Assembly: GCF_006345805.1 (NCBI RefSeq) | Contig: NC_043000.1 | Span: forward strand, 130,634,001 to 130,698,000 | Direction: 5' to 3' | Length of the DNA: 64,000 nucleotides | Source of the DNA: Octopus sinensis | Lineage: Eukaryota | Shown: positions 55,398-64,000 of the stretch, in pieces | Layout of the letters: every line of letters starts with the position of its first letter | Numbering within the stretch: position 1 is the first letter of the stretch | The notes under the pieces: generated by a model | Databases searched by the model: none | What the model was told of the DNA's origin: nothing | The model's input: only the letters and a program-made list of their open reading frames with translations | Program-made: the position numbers and the translations under genes

Positions 55398-58300
55398 CTA
55401 GCAGCATAGCCCGGCGTTGCCCGGGTATGTAAAACCCCCTAGTAGGCAACGACTAATCCCAATGTAGTCCTTTCCCTCCAGGGAACGAAGGTGCATGTGG
55501 ACGTTGCAATGTCTTGTCTTCACTGGAATACTTCTGTATATACGATGTTCCTAGCTGTCCGTTTGGGCGAAAACATGAAAACATCATTGCGCCTCCCAAC
55601 GCGTGAACAGCCCACGTAGAGTTGACCGTGGGCGAAGCACTGTTCGCCCAAATGTAACCCAGCGACTTGTAGCGTTTGGCCTTGGGATTTATTGATGGAC
55701 ATTGCGAAGCAGAGTTTAACAGGAAACTGAGAACGCCTGAAGTGGATTGGTAGGTCAGCGCCCGACGGTTGAAGGTGCATCCGTGGAATGAAGACGTCCT
55801 CTCCCTTCCCACAACCGGTAAGTATTGTGGCCGTTATTAAATGTGGTGCCAAATGTTTCACAACCAAACGTGTGCCGTTGCACTGTTTAGGTGGAACCAA
55901 ATTCCTGATGAGCATAATGGGCGCACCGACTTTTAACTTCAGGATGTGTGGTGGCAGGCCTGACGGTTCAAGTGAATTCAGGAATTCAACAGGATAATCG
56001 GCAAGCTGGGCGGGGTCTGCTGTCCTATCTATAGATTTGTAGACGTGGACATCACCAGGAATAGCTTCAAGTAGCTGGATATTGATGGAGTTGACGGTTG
56101 TATTTTTGGGTGCGAGAATAGCTCTGCCTGCCAGCCATTTTAGGTCGCGTAAATTGTTTTGTAGGTCGTGGAAGACAGCGTCCCGGAGGCTAGCAGGGGT
56201 GTCGACAATGGTGCAAAGTGAGTCCAATTGAACGTATCCATCCGCATCAGACAGCATCCTATTTTCACCGAGCGATAAGAGGTCCCTGGAGAATGCAGCG
56301 GATCCGCTGTCACCAATTAACTGCGCGCGCATGTTAGTTTGGAGGTGCAAGGGCCGCACATGTGCCCAAAGAGCTGACGACTTAAGGCACGCGCGCACGG
56401 CATCGGCACGGGTTCCTTTTGGAATAACAGGTAGAGTCTGCCTGAAGTCTCCTGAAAGAAGTAAAGTTAATCCTCCCATGGGGGCCGTAGAGTCTCTGAT
56501 GTCTTGCAGGGACCTGTCCAGTGCCTCAAGGGCGCCTTTGTGTGCCATAGTGCACTCGTCCCATACGATGAGTTTGCATCTGCGAAGAATGTCGGCCTGT
56601 TCTGAGTTCTTGGCGATGTTGCAGATAGGTGACTCGGACTTTGCCAGATCGAGCGGGAGTCTGAAGGCAGAGTGGGCGGTTCTGCCACCCGGAAGCAACG
56701 TGGCCGCGATACCAGAGGAAGCTACAGCCAGGGCAATGTCCGTGTTGCGTCTGACCTCTGCCAGAATTAGTTTAGTGACGAAGTTTTGCCTGTGCCGCCG
56801 GGTGCATCAAGGAAGAAAATCCCCCCACGTTGCTGTCTGACAGAGTCTACGATGGTGTTGTAGGCTATGCGCTGGTCTGGAAGCAGCCGTGGTTCATTAT
56901 CTTGGACGTACTGGTGCAGTTCCTCAATGCAGTAGGAAGTTTCGCGTAACAATTCAGCAGACATAACATTGGCGTGTTCACGTGTGGGTGGTGGAAGGCC
57001 GTACTCTGTTAAAGCAGACCCACCCATATCGATGACAGCGTCTTCGAGTTGAATGAGCGCAAAATTGTAAATGAAGTTGGTGAACGTGATCTCGGCGGAA
57101 GGGCAGTGTTGCTGAGCCGTACGTAAGAAGTCGTGCGACATGTCATCCCTGTATTTCATCCAGAGACTTAGTGGATGACTAAGCTGACATTTTTGAAGAA
57201 GGATTGCGAAAAGATGTCGTAGGGCCGAATGCGTTTGCAGTAAAGCACCCTCTGCCATCGTGGCGTCCCACTGGGAGTCATCCTCTAGAAGGCCAAGTCT
57301 CATACATGCTTCCCTGAAGGTGTCGCACAGAACCCCATTGACGGTACGTATATTGGCGAAACCTGTTGGACCAGTGACCTCATGCAGAAGGAGACGGAGG
57401 TAGAAGCATTCTTGCTGGTTTGGCGGGATGTTGTAAACTCGACCCAGGCAGGAGTCAAACTTGACGCCTGGGAAGCTTTCGACGTTTTTGCCGGATTTCC
57501 GTCGAACCCAGGTGTTTTTAGACCACACGAAGTACGATGGGACCTGTGGGTACAAAAGCGTTCGAGCGAAGTCATCACGTTGGCATAATTTGAAGAAACC
57601 AGTCAACGTTGTGTCTTTAGGGCTGGTGGCTATCTGCACAGCACTTTGCTCTGTGAAGTAAATCCGCTGTCCATTTTCCAAGTGTACAGCAAGCTGCACC
57701 ACAGCCGGTGTCTCTGATGGAGCGGGAAGCCGTAAATGCGCCAAAACGCTTCGTTGCTGCTGAGGTACCGGCCAGCCAAGTAGTTGGACACTTCGTCGCG
57801 ACTGGTGGTCCTCTGGATGCTGAACATGGCAGCATCGCTGCCTTTGTTGATATATTTGCAGACATATTGTATTGACCTGATGGAGCTGCAGAACTCAACG
57901 TTGACGTGGGCTTTGAATATCTTCGACAGGAGAGGACAGTAGGGGACAATGTAGCTGTTGTCCACTTGATGTCGCCCAACCGTAATCGTGCGGCCTCCAT
58001 TGGCTCGACTCCTTCGTTTGTACAGCGGATACCCATCGCCGCCTGTTTGAGTCTCCAAAGTGAACCGTTTAGGGAATCCCTTTGAGCAGGCTAATCCGTT
58101 TTTGTAGCATGGTGTGTTGGCGTAATTTGGTCCACAGGGCCCGTGTACCATGGTAGTGCGGACAATTTCGTAGAGTCCGGGGTCCTCATCGGGGTCAGGA
58201 ATCTCGGCGGAAATGAATTGTCAATGTCATTAGTCTCGATTTTATGAGTGAGCCAAAATTAAGATGTGAGCATGTGGCAAGCCCCTCTTTTGCCACTCGA

Positions 58301-60816
58301 CCGAAAACATGTGGCACCTGACATGCCCGAAAATCTGACCCTTAACTATCAAATCCTTCATTTTGCCCAAATTCAGACGGAAAACCCTAGCAACGATGTC
58401 GTGTCGATGGGTGTGAGATTGACCCGGGAGGATTTCGCGAGTGATTTCGTCGCAGCTGGGATTGCACGTGTAGGTGATAAAGAGGTCCGGCCGGCCGTAA
58501 ATGCGCACGTAGGTCAAGGCGTCTTGGGTCCTTTCACGCATATATCGCGGTCCTCCCGTGAAGGTGGAGGGTAGAATGCATGGCTTGCCGATGTTGCGAG
58601 GGTCATTTTCTTGTTGCAAACCGTCACGGAGATGAATGTAGGAGTCGGAGCGAAGTTTGGTCTGATTAAGTTTAATGTATAGCAGCCTTTCCGATTCCAT
58701 TTTTGCGGCCATGTCGACGGCGAACTGGTTGAATAGCTGACGACAACGGGGCAATAAGTTGAACTCACCTCCCTGACCATGAACCGGTATGAGTAGAACG
58801 CCCTGCAGGAAACCGTCTTTGATGCCGCAGTAGTTTGATTGGAGGGCTGCCGTAAAGGAATTCCGAAGTGGTAGCCGTCTTCCCCATAAGGGAAAAGCAA
58901 TGGATACTGAAGCGCGTCATAAGATCTGTGAGTCTCGCTGATCCTGTGTAGGTTGTTACCACGGGAGGAGATGATTATGTCACAGCTGTTGTGTTGCTCT
59001 CCGTGTATAACTGCGGCAATTTCGTTGCACGCAGGTGCGTTGAAACGGCGTTCGTGCTCCCCGTGGGGTCGTTTATCAGCATCAATGACAACGGTGAAGT
59101 TTGGAGAAGGAGCACTGTCCAAGGCATATCTGAAGCTGCAGACGTAGCTGTTGATATCATGAAGCATGGTTTGGAGCCCTGGCTGTGTTTGCGGCGTTAG
59201 CAGCTTGGCGAGCTCTCCTCTGTTGAGGTGTTTCGGCAGCTTTGGCCATGGCTTTGTTTGCGGCGTCAGCATCTTGGCGAGTTCTCCTCTGCTGTGAGGT
59301 TTCGACAGATCGTGTCCTGGCAGTGCTAGTGGCGTTAGCCGCATTCCAAATGGCCCTTTGTTCGGGGTTCTCGCGGGCTCTGCGGATGGAAGCACAGTAA
59401 GAAGCCCGCATGTTTTGGCTGGACTGTTGCTCTTTCGTCAACCTCGAGCGGAGGGAAGATCTGTACGCTGCGACCCTTGCAAGTCGGGTAGAACGGTCGC
59501 TAGTAGTTTCAGATGCCTGAGCAGCGGCATAACGGGAAGCTGTTTGCGAGAGGCGCAAGGCGGTTTCCTCGTGGGTCTCGCGTGCCCTCTAGCCCTAGCA
59601 GCCGATGCCTTGGCCGTCCGAGGGCTGAGGAGGGTCCTTCTCTTCTTGGGTGGCATTTTGGTGGATAGCAATGTGTTTGGCAAAGGTGTAATAAAAAGGA
59701 ACGCGTGGGGTAAGTATTTTGGTGGATAGCAATGTGTTTGGTAAAGGTGTAATAAAAAGGAGCTCGTGGGGTAAGTATCCGAAAATGTATAAAAATGTAC
59801 AAAGACGGCCAAAAAGCTGGCAGCAATGTGAGTGACAACAACGAAAAAGTCAAAAGTGATCAAACTGAACAAACGAAAGGAAAAGTTCTTTGATGCACAC
59901 GACAAAAGTGGTTTATAATAAAGTGGTTTATAATAATAAGTTTGCAAGTAGCGTCCGAGGACCGTTAGGGTACGTCAAAAATTGAAGGTAAAACGTTTGG
60001 GGTGGTAGTTATAAAGAAAGTTTAAACCCAAAAAGTATTCGAATAACTTGCGGCTGCAGCAGCTATTAGCAGAAGTGGCGGTGTTGGGGGTAAAGTCTCG
60101 AATGTAATTTCTTCCTGGTAGGAATTGGTTGGATCGAATTATCGATAGCTAAAAAGGTCAAGTTGCGTCCCCTAGACAGTCTGGTTTGTGTTTAATACAC
60201 AAATTTGTTTGCTATGTGTGCCACATATGATTAAATTAACCGATTTTTTCCAATAATGTATCCTATTGGAATAAAAAGGGCTATATAGCTCCTTGGAGCA
60301 GACATGATGCTCGTTGTGAAAAAAAAAAGATTCCTGCCAATTTGTGAAAGATATTGTCGAAAATATGTCATCTTGAATTTGAACGCGATTTCCCAAAATG
60401 GCATGATTTTATCGATTGTTTCTGATGGTAAGGTATTACATGGAAAACTAACGTCAGAATTGAGTTTCTTAGGGTAACATTAAGCTTCACCATGAGTTTG
60501 GTGAAAATCGATTGCAAGTTGTGAAAACTACCATAGATAATGCGTTGCATAAAAAAAGCTTAGATTCTCGAGTTGCGTCCCCTAGACAGTCTGTGGTTCA
60601 TGTTTATGATTGTCGACCCCATGTCGAATTTATCAATTTTTTTCAGAACTGGGGGAACTTTTCAAACTTTTCGCTTCGTTAGTTTTGAATTATGACATTG
60701 GGCTATGTGTGTGTCAAGTTTCATCAGAATCGGTTGAAAGCCGTGGTCAGGGTGAGGGTACGAGAAAACAGACACACAGAAGCACGCACAGACAAACTGC
60801 CGTTTATATATAGAGA
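55398..60816 (-). mobile_element. Helitron with both termini (5419 bp)
   Basis: A|TC start at 60816; CCCGGGCAACGCCGGG hairpin (55425-55410) and CTAG|T end at 55398; inserted in (TA)n without TSD. Confidence 0.95.
55520..59656 (-). CDS. RepHel (STPR-like repeats, HUH Rep endonuclease, PIF1-family helicase), frameshifted
   Basis: MPPKKRR start; ETPQQRRAR repeats; LFITYTCNP, EWQKRGLPHAHIL, YVCKYINKG; DAPGGTGKT, IVWDECTM, GDFRQTLPV, FAMSINKSQGQT, GQLYVGCSRV. Confidence 0.93.
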
Positions 60817-60861
60817 TATATATATTATATATATACACACATATATATATATATTCTATTT

Positions 60862-60910
<49 letters not shown>

Positions 60911-60915
<5 letters not shown>

Positions 60916-61013
60916 ATTAACAGAATGAGATAAAAAATGTGTTTGCGTGTATACATACACATACGCACAACGCATACACACATACACACACGGAGGCAGG
61001 TATGTGTACATAC

Positions 61014-61044
<31 letters not shown>

Positions 61045-61160
61045 ATATATATATCAATTAACAGAATGAGATAAAAAATGTGTTTGCGTGTATACATACA
61101 CATACGCACAACGCATACACACATACACACACGGAGGCAGGTATGTGTACATACATACAT

Positions 61161-61195
<35 letters not shown>
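60911..61195. repeat. tandem duplication, 141-bp period, bounded by (TA)n
   Basis: caattaacagaatgag..ggaggcaggtatgtgtacataca is identical at 60914 and 61055. Confidence 0.9.
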
Positions 61196-61202
<7 letters not shown>

Positions 61203-62997
61203 AAAATGGGACAAGAACGCAAAACATCCAGACAGTTAAATGATACAAAAAAGGGACTACAAAACATCCAGGCAGACGATACACAGAAAACAAGGACGAG
61301 TCTTTCGGAGTTTTGTATCCTCTACCTTTGCAATTTCGGGAACTCGACTGAGGATAGAAAACTCCGAATGACGCCTATACCCATATACACATACAGAAGC
61401 CCATCTATATATTTTATAATATTTACTAGCTGTTGTCATTAATATAAATACCTATTCAATCCATTCGTAATCTTTTAGAGGAGGTGTTAGCTATGCTTAA
61501 CTTCCCCACATATCATTTCATTGCTTCATACTTCTTTGGATGAAATTTCTATGAAAATTCTACATATTTTAAACGTTAGGAAATGTAATTTTACCGATGT
61601 TTCCTCATCTCACCGTTGTTGGGTCTATAACGTCGGTTCGGTTCTCATTTTGAATAGCTCTTCTTGCACAGATATATCACTTATGTAAGAGAATAAATGG
61701 AAACGGGAAATAAAAACAATAAAAATAAAAGATAAAAGCCTACCGTGTTTATGTTTCTTACTGGCTTATATACATGCTTGTTTTATATTAGTTTTATTTC
61801 ATAGCATGTTTATTTTATTTTATTATTTTTTTGTTTTTGTCTGTTTGTCGTAATATATTTAATATGATTTGGAATTCTCTTCTGTGTATTACTTTATCTA
61901 GTTTTTCAGGCGAAAAGATCCTTTTTACGAATAGATAACTCGTTCAAAATTGTTGTGTGTTCTTAGGGATTTCATGTTCTGCAAGAGAGGAAATGAATAC
62001 AAGATAGAATTAAACAGAGAATTAATAGAGTGAGTTGCATTCACCCATTTTGAAAGTTGATTAGAATCCTGCGGTGCACTCTCTCGTTCTCTATGTTGCT
62101 CTCTTTCTCTCTCTCCCTCCCTTTCTCTCTTCTGTTCTCTGATTCTTTTACTCTTTTTCTTTCCCTTTTTCTCCCCACCACATTCTGTCTTTCTTTTTCT
62201 CTTGCTTTCTGTCTGTTTTCCTCTCTCACACTTCTATTTCTCCCTCACTTTCTCTAATTATCTCTACTTATTTCTTTTTTTCCTTATCGTTATGTACTGG
62301 CAAGATGGTTGTATCGTTAAGAAGTCCATGCTTCGCAATTACGAGATTTCAGATTCGATTCCAATGCGTGGCATCTTCACAACCTATCCTTTACTATTGC
62401 CTCGGTCGAACCAACACTTGTGAGTAAAATCAGGCAAAGAGAAGCTGTTTGGAACGAGTTAGATTGATTGCTCCCATAATACAAATCCTAACCTTCCCAC
62501 TAATTGTGTTATGTTAGTAGCAACAGAGAATTACGTCTCAGGTATACTCAGTCGCTTTCTTTCATCGAACAAGAAGTTCATTTAGTGCAACAATAGAAAG
62601 CTAATCGTTGAAACTGACGGAGCTTAATTTACTTTCTGTCTCTTACTTCAAACATTGCATCTTCTCTGAGGATGCAAAACGCTACGAACAAGTATTATTG
62701 TTGTTGTTTAACCTCAGGCCAGCCCAATTTGGGGAAATCTATGATCAAAAGCATTCCAACTGAGACGTTCCTATCTTTTTAGCTGTGGCATGTAGAAATA
62801 CTTTACATAATATTTCATTCTTTGTTGTTCTTCCTCTATTTAGCCTCAGGTCAGCTTTAAATCTAGAATACCTAATATCATAGATGTTCCATCTATAACC
62901 ACCATCCCCCATATTGTCTTTTTCTGTATCAGTTTTTTGTATAGTCAATTGTGTGCTTCATTGATTAAGTTGGTAGTGTATGATTTGAAGATTTGTA

Positions 62998-63551
62998 TTG
63001 GGTTGTCCCGAAAGTTGGTGCCGATATTTAAAGGAAAGAAAAAGGTCAATAAATACTTGCCATTACATTTTTAATCAACCAAATATGAACCATTTTGTTG
63101 CACAATCCGTCTCCCTCTTTCCTTTAACTTGAAAATACCCTCTTCCCAGAATTGAGGCGGTTTCATGGAAAAGAATTGATCAAGGTATCTTTTTACGTCA
63201 TCCAAGGTATTGAAATTTTTACCATTAAGACTATTCTGCAGAGACCTGAATAAGTGAGAATCCGAAGGAGCAATATCTGGTGAATATGGAGGGTGGGGTA
63301 ACACATCCCAGCGGAGTTGAAGCAATTTTTGTCTGGTTCCCAAAGCATCAAGTGCCGAAAATGAACTTTCTTATCTTCCATTTTAAAGAGATACAAAATT
63401 AACACAGGTTATAGGAACATAACCTTCTTCCACGAAAAGATAGCTCTAAATGGAGGTGTAGTCAAATTCTATTTTATGGACTCAACCATGTTCTAAAGTA
63501 AGTCAAAATGTAAGCTACTGTAAATCGACACGAACTTTCCGGACAACCCAA
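62998..63551 (-). mobile_element. internally deleted mariner (554 bp), same family as 19670-20228
   Basis: Same TIRs with TA flanks and the same deletion junction. Confidence 0.92.
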
Positions 63552-64000
63552 TATAACCCCCACTTCTAAATTAATGTTTGTTTTTTTTTTTTTTTACTTT
63601 TTACTTGTGGTTACATTCTGATTAGAGTAACGTTATTCATGCAAATTACCGAGAAGAAACTTTATATTCTTAATAGTCACAACACCATTCATAAATTGTA
63701 CATTTTGTAAAACTGGTGTTAACATTCTTTTTCAGAATACTGACATTAAAACAAAGGGATTTGAAAATAAAAAAGTACAGATATAACATGAAGAGTATGC
63801 GCATAAATACAAAAAACAAGTTGTTCATGTTTATTGTGCTATTTATTTTATTTTTTCAGTTTGTATATAATCCTTTACATTGATACATCGGTGGATGTAT
63901 CGATATATCGATACACAGGTGGAAAGAGAAAGATATTCAAATGAGAACCGGATGGTAATATCCACTTAAATTGAAGACGTTGATAATCATAAGATAATCG

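Noticed and set aside
61425-61440. ACTAGCTGTTGTC resembling a Helitron 3' end
   Set aside because: No subterminal hairpin.

Overview
AT-rich, microsatellite- and transposon-dense eukaryotic DNA with one 100-N assembly gap (16291-16390). The SINE families resemble octopus OR/CORE-type SINEs, so the source is probably an octopod; this is inference from memory, not a database result. No host gene can be identified with confidence; four short + strand segments with strong splice sites may be micro-exons of one large gene. Most long ORFs in the track are translated microsatellites. Supported content: (1) a near-intact CR1/L2-group LINE (45887-50285) whose ORF1 has a Myb/SANT-like N-terminus and two CCCH fingers, and whose AUG-less ORF2 is reachable by a -1 shift at an in-frame T TTT TTA heptamer; (2) a Helitron with both termini (55398-60816) whose RepHel frameshifts are nearly all 1-nt homopolymer changes, plus a non-autonomous Helitron with the same 3' hairpin; (3) an ORF1-only L1/Tx1-like retroelement with a 15-bp TSD inserted in a SINE head (40397-42249); (4) several R4/Dong-type LINE fragments in microsatellites and a HERO-like LINE 3' end carrying a non-circularly permuted hammerhead-like motif; (5) mariner and piggyBac copies or deletion derivatives; (6) three degenerate minimal hammerhead motifs; (7) two large fold-back palindromes and several local duplications.
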